DNA of 64,000 nucleotides from an uncultured delta proteobacterium (GTDB taxonomy: Bacteria; Desulfobacterota; Syntrophorhabdia; Syntrophorhabdales; WCHB1-27), in NCBI GenBank assembly GCA_963810935.1, contig CAWEPK010000012.1, positions 1 through 64,000 on the forward strand, written 5' to 3'. The translations under genes and the position numbers were made by a program. The notes beneath the pieces were generated by a model. That model was given only the letters and a program-made list of their open reading frames with translations, did not search any database and was not told the DNA's origin. How positions within the stretch are numbered: the stretch's first letter is position 1; each line of letters opens with the position of its first letter. This document shows, piece by piece, positions 19,106-33,053 of this stretch.

Positions 19106-20453
19106 TTACTCCTTGTAAGCCTGGATGATGCCCTTCTCCATGAGGATGCCGACCTCTTCCTGCGCCCTCTTGATCTTCGTCTCGGCTATGGTGAACAGTT
19201 CTTTTTCGCTCAGCTTCAGGCGGGCGACGCCCTGCTCCATCGCTTTCTTCGCTACTGCGACGGCCTCCCTCGGGAAGACTTCCATTTCATCCATCGTGGG
19301 GAGCAGGTAGGTTTCGGAGATGCCCTTGTCCTCGGCGCACTTGGCAAGCTCGACGGCTGCCGCAATGCACATCTCGTCCGTGATCGTCCTGGCCATGACG
19401 TCCAGGGTGCCCCTGAATATGGCCGGGAAGCCGATGGAGTTGTTGACCTGATTCGGAAAATCGCTCCTGCCCGTCGCAACGACCCTCGCGCCCGCCTCTT
19501 TGGCGTCCCACGGCCAGATCTCCGGGATGGGGTTCGCGCAAGCGAAGACGATGCCGTTGTCGGCCATCTTCGAGATCCATTCCTTCTTGATTACGTCCGG
19601 CCCGGACTTTGACAGCGCAATAACTGCGTCCTGGCCCGCTAAGGCCTCCGGCATGTCGCCGTTCCTGTTTTCGCCGTTTGTCACCTGGGCAAGCTCCCAT
19701 TTCTCCTTGTGCTTCTTCGGGTCGATGTCGTCCCTCTTCTTCGAGAGGATGCCCTTGCTGTCCACGATGAGCATCTTCTTCGGGTCCGCCCCTGCCTTGA
19801 AGAGCATGCGGGCAGTGCAGACGTTGGCGGAGCCTACGCCGATGAGCGTTATTTTCGCCTCATTCATCGGACTTCTTCACGACCTTCAGCGCATTTATCA
19901 GGCCCGCGACCGTCACGGCCGCCGTGCCCTGCTGGTCGTCGTGCCATACGGGGATAGGGGCCTCGGCGCGCAGCTTTTCGAGGATATAGAAGCACTTCGG
20001 GTTTTCTATATCTTCCAGGTTGATGCCCCCGAACGTCGGGCAGAGGTACTTGACCGTCTTAATGAACTCATCGGGGTCTTTCGTATCCAGACAAATCGGG
20101 AATGCATCGACGCCGCCCAGGTATTTAAACAGAAGGGCCTTGCCCTCCATAACCGGCAGGCCCGCCATGGGCCCTATGTCGCCCAGCCCGAGCACGCGGG
20201 TGCCGTCCGTGACGATGCCGACCATGTTCCCTTTGTTCGTCATTTCGTAGACGGCCTCCGGGTTGCGCTGTATCTCCCGGCACGGCTCGGCTACGCCCGG
20301 CGTATACCAGATGGAGAAATCATTGATGTCCCGTATTACGCACTTGGGCACGATCTCGATTTTCCCCCTATAATAGGGGTGCATCTTCATAGCGTCCGCA
20401 GCCGGCTTCTTTGCCTTTGCCAGAAGTTCTTCCTTCGTTACCTTTGTCTCCAT
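19106..20453 (-). CDS. mae: NAD(P)-dependent malic enzyme (one frameshift near 19868)
   Basis: [31 protein letters not shown] in 19860..20453; ANPIPEI and [12 protein letters not shown] in 19106..19867. Confidence 0.9.
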
Positions 20454-20721
20454 AATCTCCTCACTCTCCGGAATCTATTTGTCGTGATTGTTATTTTCCG
20501 GGCGCTCTTATTATTCCGGCCCGCCAAGCTTTAAACGGCGCCCTGTCACCCTAGAACATTTTATAGACAATCAGAAAAATTTGCTACAATATACGTGATA
20601 TTTCAACCCCGGAACACGAAAAAACATGGTCACAAAAGATACCAATTTCAAGGGGCCCCATTGATCGCCCCTTAACCCCAATGATTGCAATCTGTCCCGG
20701 TTTTGCTTATTATTCACGTAG

Positions 20722-23506
<2,785 letters not shown>

Positions 23507-23507
<1 letters not shown>

Positions 23508-24766
23508 TGGACATCCTGATCAAAGGCGTCCGTCTCGCCGACGGTCTGTTTCGGGATATTTTCATCGATAACGGCAGGATCGAAGAGATATCGCCGGAAT
23601 GCAGGCGTCCCGCTCATAAGATCATCGACGGCCGCAGCAAGGTCGCCCTGCCCTCTTTCATCAACGGCCACACGCACGCCGCGATGACGCTCATGCGCGG
23701 TTACGCGGACGACATGCCCCTGAAGCAATGGCTGGAAGAAAAAATATGGGTGCTGGAGGCAAAGCTGACGGGCGAGGACGTCTACTGGGGAACAAAGCTC
23801 GCCTGCCTGGAGATGATAAAGAACGGCATCACGGCCTTCAACGACATGTACTGGTTCTGGGAGGACTCGGCCAGGGCCGTATGCGAGATGGGCATGCGGG
23901 CCGTCCTGTCGGGCGTCTTCATCGATATGCTCGACCCGGAGAAGGGCAGCAAGCAGATAGACGCGAACATCGAGCTTTTCGGCATCGCAAAAAAATACAG
24001 CCCGAACGTCGTCTTCGCCCTCGGCCCGCACGCGGTCTACAGCGTATCAAAGGAGAGCCTCGCATGGGTGGGCGACTTTTCAAGGCAGCACGACGTACCA
24101 GTCCACATGCACCTTGCGGAAAGCGCCGACGAGGCGCGGCTCACGCATGAGAGATACGGCCTCTCGCCCGTCGAGCTGCTGGAGGAGCTGGGCGTGCTGT
24201 CAAGCCGGTTCGCGGGCGCCCACGGCTGCTGGCTGACGGAAGCCGACGCATCGCTCCTTGCGCGCTCCGGGGCCAGCCTTGTCACGAACCCCGTCTCCAA
24301 CCTGAAGCTTTCCGTCGGCAGCCTTTTCCCGTACAGGCTCGTAAAGGAGCACGCTATCCCATACTGCTTCGGCACGGACGGCTCCTCATCCAATAACGGC
24401 CTTGACATGGTGGAGACGATGAAGCTCGCATCCCTCCTCGGCAAATTCTCAACGGGGGACCCGACCTTCCTGCCGGCCCGCGAGGCGCACGAAAGGGCCA
24501 CAAAAGAGGCCGCACGCATCTTCTCGCTCGGCGACTGGTCGATAACGACAGGCTCCACTGCCGACATAATCCTTCTCGACCTGGCGAGCGTCCGCTTCGT
24601 GCCCAACTTCGACATCTATTCCGACATCGTCTATTCGGCGAAGTCGTGCGACGTGGACACGGTGATCTGCATGGGAAAAGTGCTGATGGAGAACAAGCAC
24701 GTAGAAGGCGAGGAAGAGATCATGCAGCGGGCCGGACAGATTGCCAGGGGCCTGCCTTCACGATGA
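23507..24766 (+). CDS. mtaD: 5'-methylthioadenosine/SAH deaminase (amidohydrolase)
   Basis: NGHTH, GPHAVY, HMHLAE, AHG, SNLKL, GTDG; translationally coupled to the phosphorylase. Confidence 0.85.
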
Positions 24767-25209
24767 GGCTCGTCTGCGACGCCATGCTGGGGAAGCTGGC
24801 CCGTTACCTGCGCATGCTCGGATTCGATACGGCCTATGTCCCGAACAGGGCAGCCCTCGACCGCATGCTTGCGAGCGAGCCGGACCGCATTCTTCTCACC
24901 CGCCGCAGGGGCGCAGTTCCCGGCTTCAACCGCACCGTGCGTATCGAATCGGAGATCGCGCGGGAGCAGCTTAGGGAAGTTAAAGCGCTCGTAAAACCGC
25001 ACCTCTCACGCGATGCCGTCTTTTCCAGGTGCATCGAATGCAACGTGGAGCTTACGGACATCGACAAGAGCGACGTCGAGCCGTCCGTCCCCGAATTCGT
25101 TTACCACAATTACTCGCGCTTCAGGACCTGCCCTTCCTGCAGAAGGATATACTGGGAAGGCTCCCACAGCAAGGCTATGGAAGCGCTGATAGAGGAGATA
25201 TTCGCCTAA
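24763..25209 (+). CDS. Mut7-C RNase domain protein (PIN-like domain plus zinc ribbon)
   Basis: DAMLGKLARYLRMLGFD, SRCIECN, CPSCRRIYWEGSH. Confidence 0.9.
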   Translation: MRLVCDAMLGKLARYLRMLGFDTAYVPNRAALDRMLASEPDRILLTRRRGAVPGFNRTVRIESEIAREQLREVKALVKPHLSRDAVFSRCIECNVELTDIDKSDVEPSVPEFVYHNYSRFRTCPSCRRIYWEGSHSKAMEALIEEIFA

Positions 25210-25863
25210 TGCCGCCCTTCCCTTTCAAGAAATTAATCGAACGATTAAAGGAATTTTATTCGGACGACGTGCCTGTCGTCACCAGGCTCGCCGCCCGCAG
25301 GCACGACCCGTTCCTGGTGCTCATCGGCTGCCTCCTCAGCCTGCGCACCAAGGACGAGACGACGGATAAGGCCATGGAACGGCTGACCAAAATAGCCCGC
25401 ACGCCGAAGGCAATCCTTGCGATGCCCGTTGCGGAGATCGAGAAGGCGATTTATCCGGTCGGCTTCTACAGGGTAAAGGCGCGCCTCCTGCGGGAGCGTG
25501 TCGCGGACCGTCATCGAGAAATACGGCAACCACGTGCCCGATACGCTCGAAGAGCTGCTGACTATCAAGGGCGTTGGGCGGAAAACGGCCAACATCGTTA
25601 TCACGGAGGCCTTCGGCATCCCCGGCGTAGCAGTCGACACGCACGTACACCGCATCTCGAACAGGCTGGGCATCGTCAGGACCAGGTCGCCGGTCGAGAC
25701 AGAGATGGAGCTGCGCCGGCTTCTTCCGCAGCAATACTGGATATCATTCAACCCGCTCATCGTCACCCACGGGCGCAGGACATGCGTGCCCATCTCTCCT
25801 TTCTGCAGCAAATGCCCGGTGTGGGATATATGCGGCCGGGTTGGCGTAACGCGGTCCAGGTAA
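25209..25863 (+). CDS. nth: endonuclease III (one frameshift near 25497)
   Basis: PFLVLIGCLLSLRTKD, GFYRVKA, then GVGRKTAN, VDTHVHRISNR and C-x6-C-x2-C-x5-C. Confidence 0.92.
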
Positions 25864-25958
25864 GGAGAGCGCATTAAGCAACCCGTGCTGCGCCGTTTCA
25901 AAGCCCGTAAAGACACCACCTTTATCTTTTTCCGGTTCGGTCGATAATAGTTACGATT

Positions 25959-27839
25959 ATGGAAAAGTGCCACGGGGTCCGAAAACCAGATAAAAGCCCG
26001 GGGTGCGCATCCGAGGATAATCTGCGGCCCAGAGTCCCTGCCGGCCAGGGAGGCGGTTCGCAGGCCATCCGGAAGGCTGCGGCCCCGATGTCCGCCGAAG
26101 GCGCCGAGAAATTCAGGCTCCTTTTCGATAACTCCCCCGACGCCATACTACTGATAGACGGCGAGACGTACATCGATTGCAATGAGGCGGCCCTGGCGAT
26201 GCTCGGGTGCGAGCGGAAAGACCAGGTAATCGGCCTCTTCCCGTGGGATCAGGCCCCTGAGAGGCAGCCGGACGGCCGCCTCTCGCGCGACGTGGCCAGG
26301 GAGCACATCCGGCGGACCCTGCGTCAAGGCCGCAACCGCTTCGAGTTCCTGAGGCGCGCGATGGACGGCAGGGAGGTACTGGTCGAGATTTCACACACGG
26401 TCATCCCCATCGGGGGCAGACCGATTATTTATAACGTATTGAGGGACATCACCGAGCGCCGTAAGGCCGAGATTTCCCTCCAGGAATCGGAGAGGAAGTT
26501 CAGGGACCTTGTAGAGAAGTCCTTCGTGGGCGTCTATCTCCTACAGGACGGCCTCTTCAGATACGTCAACGCCCGGCTTGCGGAGATATACAAGCTCTCT
26601 GTCGATGAGATAACGAACATAAAGAGCCCCGCAGACCTGGTTCATCCGGACGACTTACCGGAGGTAGCGGAGCATACCCGCAGGAAGATCTCCGGGGAGG
26701 TCGACTCGACCCACTTTAGCTTCAGAGCGATATTGCAGGACGGTGAGATCCGCCATCTCGAAGCCTACAGCTCCCGGACCGTCTACATGGGCCGGCATGC
26801 CATTATCGGTACGCTTCAGGACGTCACGGAGCGCAAGACCGACGAAGATGAGCTGCGCTGGAAAACGATTTTCCTTCAGGCCATGGTAAGCTCCTCTGAC
26901 GACGGCATCCTTATGGTGGACACCCGCGAACGGAGGGTCGTCGAGAACCAGAGGATGATCGACATGTGGAAGATACCCCAGAATATAGTGCAAAACGGGG
27001 ACGAAGAGGAGAAGATAAAATATGTGATGTCGGCGATCAAGGAGCCGCGCCGGTTCTACGACATGATCGTCCGCGTCTACAACCATCCCGGCGAGACGGT
27101 CAGGGGAGAGTTCGAGCTGGCGGACGGCACGGTTGTCGATGCCGGCTCCCACCCGGTCCTCGGCAAGGAAGGGCAGCATTTCGGCCGCATCTGGAAATTC
27201 CGCGACATCACTGAAATGAGGCGGTACTGGGACATGCTGGAGGCCCTCTCTACAACGGACGGCCTGACGGGCCTTTCCAACAGGAGGCGCTTCGACGAGT
27301 TCCTGGAGCGGGAATGGCGCAGGAGCATGCGCCAGCATTCGTGCATATCCCTCATACTGATGGATATCGATTACTTCAAGGAGTATAACGACTTTTACGG
27401 CCACCTTGCCGGAGACGAGTGCCTCAAACGGGTGGCAGGCGTTCTTCTTAACGTAGTCCGGCGCGCGGGCGACCTGGCGGCCCGTTACGGGGGCGAAGAG
27501 TTTGCCTGCATACTCCCGGATACGGACGCCGAAGGGGCGATGGTCGTCGCGGCCCGCATCATGGAAGGTTTGGAGGGTCTCGCCATGGCCCACGTCCGCT
27601 CGCCGAGCGTGGACCACGTCACCATGTGCTGCGGCGTAGCCACCCTCGTCCCTGAAAAAGAGCAGACAGCGTCCGAGTTGATACGTGTGTCCGACCGTCT
27701 GCTTTACGCAGCAAAAGAAGAGGGACGCAACCGGATCAAGAACTGGCCCTTCACGAAGGGAACGCCTGTCCCGACCGGGACGGGTTACAACCCGGGCAGG
27801 AAGGACGGCATCGACTTCACAAACTTCGGCCTCGCGTGA
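25959..27839 (+). CDS. multi-PAS diguanylate cyclase
   Basis: Three PAS-like repeats (RDITERR, QDVTERK, RDITE), DGLTGLSNRR, RAGD I-site, GGEEF. Start uncertain (alternative 26088). Confidence 0.9.
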   Translation: MEKCHGVRKPDKSPGCASEDNLRPRVPAGQGGGSQAIRKAAAPMSAEGAEKFRLLFDNSPDAILLIDGETYIDCNEAALAMLGCERKDQVIGLFPWDQAPERQPDGRLSRDVAREHIRRTLRQGRNRFEFLRRAMDGREVLVEISHTVIPIGGRPIIYNVLRDITERRKAEISLQESERKFRDLVEKSFVGVYLLQDGLFRYVNARLAEIYKLSVDEITNIKSPADLVHPDDLPEVAEHTRRKISGEVDSTHFSFRAILQDGEIRHLEAYSSRTVYMGRHAIIGTLQDVTERKTDEDELRWKTIFLQAMVSSSDDGILMVDTRERRVVENQRMIDMWKIPQNIVQNGDEEEKIKYVMSAIKEPRRFYDMIVRVYNHPGETVRGEFELADGTVVDAGSHPVLGKEGQHFGRIWKFRDITEMRRYWDMLEALSTTDGLTGLSNRRRFDEFLEREWRRSMRQHSCISLILMDIDYFKEYNDFYGHLAGDECLKRVAGVLLNVVRRAGDLAARYGGEEFACILPDTDAEGAMVVAARIMEGLEGLAMAHVRSPSVDHVTMCCGVATLVPEKEQTASELIRVSDRLLYAAKEEGRNRIKNWPFTKGTPVPTGTGYNPGRKDGIDFTNFGLA

Positions 27840-27882
27840 TAAGATTTGACATGGACCCGGATCACCGGGGACAAAAGACGCG

Positions 27883-28257
27883 ATGCATATAGAAGAGAAA
27901 TCCTTCGATGAGATCGTCAAACGGGCAGTCAGCCGTATTCCGGAAGAAATACGCCTTCACCTGGACAATATTATAATAGCGGTCAGGAGGCGGCCAACGG
28001 CGGACATGCTCAGGGAGGTCGGCCTCACGCACCCCGACGATTTGCTGGGCCTCTTCCAGGGAGTGCCGCTCATCGAGCGTTCTGTAACCGCCCCGCCCCT
28101 TTACCCCGACACCATACTCCTTTTCCACGAGCCTCTCGAAAGGGCCTGCGATACGGTCGAGGAGCTTGAAGAACAGATCGAGATAACGGTCGTACACGAA
28201 GTCGCACACTACATCGGCATGGGCGAAGACCGGCTCGTCGAGCTGGGCTACGAATAA
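27883..28257 (+). CDS. zincin-like metallopeptidase (DUF1025 type)
   Basis: LLGLFQGVPL, TVVHEVAHYIG. Confidence 0.85.
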   Translation: MHIEEKSFDEIVKRAVSRIPEEIRLHLDNIIIAVRRRPTADMLREVGLTHPDDLLGLFQGVPLIERSVTAPPLYPDTILLFHEPLERACDTVEELEEQIEITVVHEVAHYIGMGEDRLVELGYE

Positions 28258-28440
28258 CTGTCCTGAATCAGGCACGATAATTGCGCGCGGCTGCCCTTTG
28301 CCCTCCCCGATTTCCGGTACGCCTAAAGATTTAATGAACACACATTAAATTTCTTTAACATTTCGCTTGACATCCCGTTTCTTTATTAACTAATATTACG
28401 TTCAGTAGTATTAATTCATTTTAAAAAGGAGTTTGTTGGT

Positions 28441-28644
28441 ATGCCAGTAGGTAAGGTAAAATGGTTCAACGATTCAAAAGGATACGGGTTCATCGAGCAG
28501 GATGAGGGGGGGGATGTTTTCGTTCATTATTCCGCCATCAAGCAAAATGGTTTCAAGACCCTAAAAACAGGGGAGCAGGTAGAATTTGAGATCGTAAACG
28601 GGCCGAAGGGGCCGCAGGCATCAAATGTAGAAAAAGTCGAATAA
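28441..28644 (+). CDS. cspA: cold-shock protein
   Basis: [31 protein letters not shown]. Confidence 0.96.
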   Translation: MPVGKVKWFNDSKGYGFIEQDEGGDVFVHYSAIKQNGFKTLKTGEQVEFEIVNGPKGPQASNVEKVE

Positions 28645-28666
28645 AAGGGGATTTACCTCCCCTTTT
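28643..28666. terminator. bidirectional intrinsic terminator between csp and mazG
   Basis: AAAAGGGGA-tttacc-TCCCCTTTT inverted repeat between convergent genes. Confidence 0.6.
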
Positions 28667-29408
28667 TCTCCTTTTCTTTAATCTGATCCCAAAGGGCATC
28701 CATTGCTGCAAGGTCGGCTTTTGCCAAATCCAGGTTGTCTTCGATATATGCAAACCTTCGCAGGAATTTGTCGATGGTCCGCCTGAGGGCGTTTTCCGGA
28801 TCTACGGCGTGACGCCGTGAGATATTGACGATTGTGAAGAGGAGGTCCCCGACCTCCTCTTCTATCTTGTCCGCGTCACCGAGGTCTTCCGCCTCTCTCA
28901 ACTCTGCGATCTCCTCGTGCATCTTTTCGTGGATGTCGTCGATCTTCTCCCAGTCGAACCCTGTTTTCGCAGCCCTTCTCGATATGAGATAAGCCCGCAG
29001 CAGCGCCGGGAGTATTTTCGGCACGTGGGAAACCGGCGAATAATCTTCCTTCTCCGCCTTCTTTATCTCCTCCCAGCGCGCCTCTATCGGCCTGTCATCG
29101 CCGTCCTTCCGGAAGACGTGCGGGTGCCTGCCGTACATCTTTTCATATGCGCCACGCGCTACGTCCTTTATATCGAACTTCCCATTTTCCCTGCATATCT
29201 GCGATATGAAAACGATATGGAACAATACATCGCCAAGCTCTTCCTTCAACGCCTCGTAATCGCCCTTCTCGATCGCCTCGATCAGCTCGTATGTCTCTTC
29301 GAGAAGGAACGTCTTGAACGACGCCTCGGTCTGTTTTTTGTCCCACGGGCAGCCCTCGTCGCCGCGCAGGGTCTCCATGAGCTTTACGAGCCTGGTGAAT
29401 TCTTCCAT
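28653..29408 (-). CDS. mazG: nucleoside triphosphate pyrophosphohydrolase MazG
   Basis: GCPWDKKQT, EETYE, EELGD, RHPHVF, GFDW, EEVGD. Real start is ATG 29408. Confidence 0.94.
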   Translation of the reverse strand: MEEFTRLVKLMETLRGDEGCPWDKKQTEASFKTFLLEETYELIEAIEKGDYEALKEELGDVLFHIVFISQICRENGKFDIKDVARGAYEKMYGRHPHVFRKDGDDRPIEARWEEIKKAEKEDYSPVSHVPKILPALLRAYLISRRAAKTGFDWEKIDDIHEKMHEEIAELREAEDLGDADKIEEEVGDLLFTIVNISRRHAVDPENALRRTIDKFLRRFAYIEDNLDLAKADLAAMDALWDQIKEKEKKGR

Positions 29409-30633
29409 ATCATCTCCATGATGAGGCCGGTCGCCTTCTCCATAACGCCCCTCTGCGTATCGAGAACGGCGCGGCCCGCGCCGGCGAGGTCTTTGCGGAC
29501 ATCCGCGTCCGTCATAACGAGCCTGATCTTCGCGAGCAGCTCCGCGCCGTCGCGCACCATGAAGCCCGCCTCTTTCGCGATGATGTCGTCTGCGATCTCG
29601 CTGAAATTCTCCACATGCGGTCCGAAGATCACGGGCGCGCCGACGAACAAAGGCTCCAGGATATTCTGGCCGCCGTACGGCGCAAGGCTGCCGCCGACAA
29701 AGGCAACGCGGCTGCCTGCATAGATGTCTATGAGGTCGCCGACCGTATCGACCAGGACGATGCCGCCCGCCTCTTCGCGCCGGCCGTCCCTCATCGCCGA
29801 GTAGCGCGTTACCGGAAGGCCCTCGGGCAGTTGCCTCTCTATCGCCGAGATCAGGGTCAGCTCCCTGGGGGCAAGGAAAATCCGTGCGCCGCCGAACTCG
29901 CGCTTCAGCGCCTCTATGACCGGCACGAGAATGGGAAGCTCTTTTTCCCTGATGCTCCCGAAGGTAATAATATTCCTCTCCGCGCCGCGTCGCCGGAAGG
30001 CGCCCGGGCTCGCGATAGTATTTCAGGTTACCTGCCGCCACCACCCTGGACGGGGACATGCCGAGGGATATGAACCTTCTGGCATGCTCCTCCGACTGCG
30101 CAATTACGAGGTCCACCGACTCAAGGAGTCCCTTGAAGAAGAAAGAGAGACGGCGGTAGCGAGGAAGGGCCCGGTCGGAAATGCGGCCGTTGATTATAAC
30201 GATGGGTATGCCCCGGAGCGAGGCCTGCCATATAAGGTTGGGCCATATCTCCGTCTCTACCAGGACCAGTACGGCAAAGTCCGCGCCCCCCATGAAGCGC
30301 CCGATGGAAAAAGGTATGTCGAGCGGCAGGGAGAATACGTCCGCCGACGCGCCGAGCTTACGCCGGAGCAGGTCTCGCGTATAGTACGTGTTCGTGGTTA
30401 TTACGATGGGGTTATCCGCTTTTGTCCGCAGGAACCCGATCAGGTTCTCCGCTACGACCGCCTCTCCCACCGAGGCCGCGTGTATCCATACGGCCCGCTT
30501 AAGCGTGTCGCTGACGCGCTTGCGGGAAAATGCGCTCGGCCAGATTGTGCCTGGTCTTGCGCTTCAGTGCGAGGAGCGGCACGAAGAAAGGCAGAGCGGC
30601 AAGGACGAGCAGGTTATATATCAGCCGGCGCAT
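29384..30633 (-). CDS. waaA: 3-deoxy-D-manno-octulosonic acid transferase (frameshifts near 30520 and 29990)
   Basis: WIHAASVGE, ETEIWPN, NGRIS, GNLK, then APRE, DTVGDL, GGSL..GGQNILEP, GPHVENF spread over three frames. Confidence 0.9.
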
Positions 30634-31293
30634 ACCATCCTGTCCGCCGCCTCCGTAAGGGCGACCATCGACCGCTCCAGGTTGAGGCGCTCCCGCTCCA
30701 GGGCCTCTCCCCTGGCGCTCCGTGGCACGTAGATGGGGTCACCCCAAACGTAAAGGATTGTCGAAAAAGGGTAAGGGAGCACGAAGCCGTCCCATGATTT
30801 GAAAACTTTCTTCTTACTGGCGGCGTACGTCACGGGCACAATGGGCCTGCCGCTTATCCTGGCCAGCTCTATTATGCCCTGCTTTACACGGTGCCTCGGG
30901 CCCTTCGGCCCGTCCGGCGTTATGCCTATATTGGTCCCTGCGGCCAGCTCCGCGATCATCTCCCTGAACGATGAGAAGGCCCCCTCTTTGCCTGCCGACC
31001 CACGGACGGCCCCTATGCCGAAATACGATATCACTCTCGCTATCAACTCACCGTCCGTGTGGCGTGATATGAGCACCTTCACCCGGTTGCCCCTATAAGC
31101 AAAAGGCATGGCGAGGAGTCTGCCATGCCAGAAGCAGGCGATGATGTTTTCGCCGCCGTCCCACAATCGGCCCACGGCCTCCCTGTTCACGTGCCTTATC
31201 CTGAGCGTGGTCCGAAGGGCTACAAGGAACACGATAGACGACGGGAGGAAGCAGGCGCGTCAGGAGCGCCCGCCTGACTTTCCTTTTAGACAT
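30621..31293 (-). CDS. lpxJ: DUF374 / LpxJ-like lipid A late acyltransferase (frameshift near 31233)
   Basis: FWHGRL, ISRHTDGE, VRGS, TPDGPKGP, SWDGFVLPYPF; lies between msbA and waaA. Confidence 0.75.
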
Positions 31294-33049
31294 TCTTCAG
31301 TCTCTTATCGATCCTGATGACCTTGTCGGCCGGCTCCTCCCTGAACTGCATCTCGTAGAGCCTCTTGTACGGGCCTTCCGCCTCGATCAGCTCGCGGTGC
31401 GTCCCCTGCTGGGCGACCCCGCCGTCCGCCAGGGCGACTATCCTGTCCGCGTTAATGATCGTGGAAAGCCTGTGGGCGATGATGATGGTGGTCCTGCCCT
31501 TCATCAGGTTCTCAAGGGCCTTCTGGACCTCCGTCTCGGAAGCCGTGTCCAGGGCGCTCGTCGCCTCGTCGAGTATCAGTATCGGCGCATTCTTATAAAG
31601 GGCCCGGGCGATGGCGATCCTCTGCTTCTGGCCCCCGGAAAGCCTTACGCCCTTCTCTCCGACAATCGTGTCCAGCTTCTTGGGCAATTTCGAGATGAAG
31701 TCGGCCGCATACGCGGAGCCGATGACCGCCTCGACCCTTTCGAGGTCTTCCTCTTTGCCGTGGGTGATATTCCTGGCGACCGTATCGTTGAAAAGGATCA
31801 CGTCCTGCGTTACGAGGGCCATGTTCTCTCGCAGCGTGTTGAGGCTTATGTCCCTGATGTCTACGCCGTCCAGGGTGATCGCCCCCTCGCTCACGTCGTA
31901 GAACCGGAGTATCAGGTTCACGAGCGTTGTCTTGCCCACGCCGCTTTCGCCAACGAGCGCCACGGTCTCGTTCCTGGCTATGCGGAGGTTGATGTTCTTC
32001 AGGACCATCTTGTCTTCGTACTTGAACGAGACATCGGACAGCTCTATCACGCCTTCGATCGGGGGCATCTTTACCGGGTCGGGCGTGTCGGTCACCTCCG
32101 GCACGCGGTCCACTATCTCGAACACCCTCTGGGCCGCCGCAAGCCCCTGCTGGATATTGTGGTTCTCCTTGTTGAGCCGCTTGATCGGCTCATACAACAA
32201 AAGGAGCGCGGTAGTGAAGGAGAAGAAGTTGCCTGGCGTCGATGTCCCGTTGATAACGGACGAGCCGCCGTACCAGATAATGAAGGAGACGGCGATGCCG
32301 CCGAGCACCTCCATGACGGGCGACGACAGGGCCTTCACTTTATAGCGCTTCAGGACGATATGGAACAGGTACTCGTTCTCTTCCTCGAACTTGCCCTGCT
32401 CGTACCGCTCCATCGTAAACGCCTTCACTATCCTCTGGCCCGTGATCGTCTCGTGGAGGAAGCTCGTCAGCCTGGCTATCGCCTTCTGGTTCTGCACGCT
32501 GATCTTGCGCAGCCGCCTGCCGAATGCGATGATGGGGTACGTCGCGAAAGGAAGGATGATAAAGGCGATGATCGCCAGCTTCCAGTCCCGATAGAAAACA
32601 ACAAATACGAGGCCGGCAATGGTAAATGCGTCCTTCAGGACTGCCGTGAAGGAGTCGGCCACCGCCCCCTGGACGAGGCCGATATCGTTCGTGATGCGGG
32701 AGATGATCTGGCCCGTGGGCGTTTTGTCGAAGAAGGCGAGCGGCTGGGCCTGGAGGCGCCGGAAGACGAGGTTCCTTATATCGGTGATGATCTTCTGGCC
32801 CACGAAGCCCATAAGATAAGACTGGAGGTAATCGAAAATGCCCTTCGAGAGGTAGAGGAGCGTGACGCCGAAGGGGATCAGCACCAGCAATGCGGCGTTC
32901 TTCTCGAAGAAGATCTTGTCCATGACGGGCTTGACGAGGTAGGCGGTAAGCCCGTTCGTCGCCGCGACGAGGGACATGAATATCATGGCGAAGAGAAGCT
33001 TCACCCAGTAAGGCTTGACGAATTCGAGGAGTCGCAGGTAAAGTGCCAT
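31286..33049 (-). CDS. msbA: lipid A export ABC transporter
   Basis: Six-TM domain plus GESGVGKT, LSGGQKQR, LDEATSALD; lipid A operon context. Confidence 0.92.
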   Translation of the reverse strand: MALYLRLLEFVKPYWVKLLFAMIFMSLVAATNGLTAYLVKPVMDKIFFEKNAALLVLIPFGVTLLYLSKGIFDYLQSYLMGFVGQKIITDIRNLVFRRLQAQPLAFFDKTPTGQIISRITNDIGLVQGAVADSFTAVLKDAFTIAGLVFVVFYRDWKLAIIAFIILPFATYPIIAFGRRLRKISVQNQKAIARLTSFLHETITGQRIVKAFTMERYEQGKFEEENEYLFHIVLKRYKVKALSSPVMEVLGGIAVSFIIWYGGSSVINGTSTPGNFFSFTTALLLLYEPIKRLNKENHNIQQGLAAAQRVFEIVDRVPEVTDTPDPVKMPPIEGVIELSDVSFKYEDKMVLKNINLRIARNETVALVGESGVGKTTLVNLILRFYDVSEGAITLDGVDIRDISLNTLRENMALVTQDVILFNDTVARNITHGKEEDLERVEAVIGSAYAADFISKLPKKLDTIVGEKGVRLSGGQKQRIAIARALYKNAPILILDEATSALDTASETEVQKALENLMKGRTTIIIAHRLSTIINADRIVALADGGVAQQGTHRELIEAEGPYKRLYEMQFREEPADKVIRIDKRLKNV

Positions 33050-33053
33050 GTTT

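Noticed and set aside
19860..19867. Programmed frameshifting or genuinely split genes (mae, nth, lpxB and others)
   Set aside because: No shared slippery motif was seen and the shifts are scattered across unrelated and essential genes. Sequencing error is more parsimonious.
28653..30470. Apparent 605-aa WaaA-MazG fusion ORF
   Set aside because: Artefact of the frameshift near 29990. The WaaA C-terminus is in another frame (29384..29926), and MazG has its own ATG at 29408.
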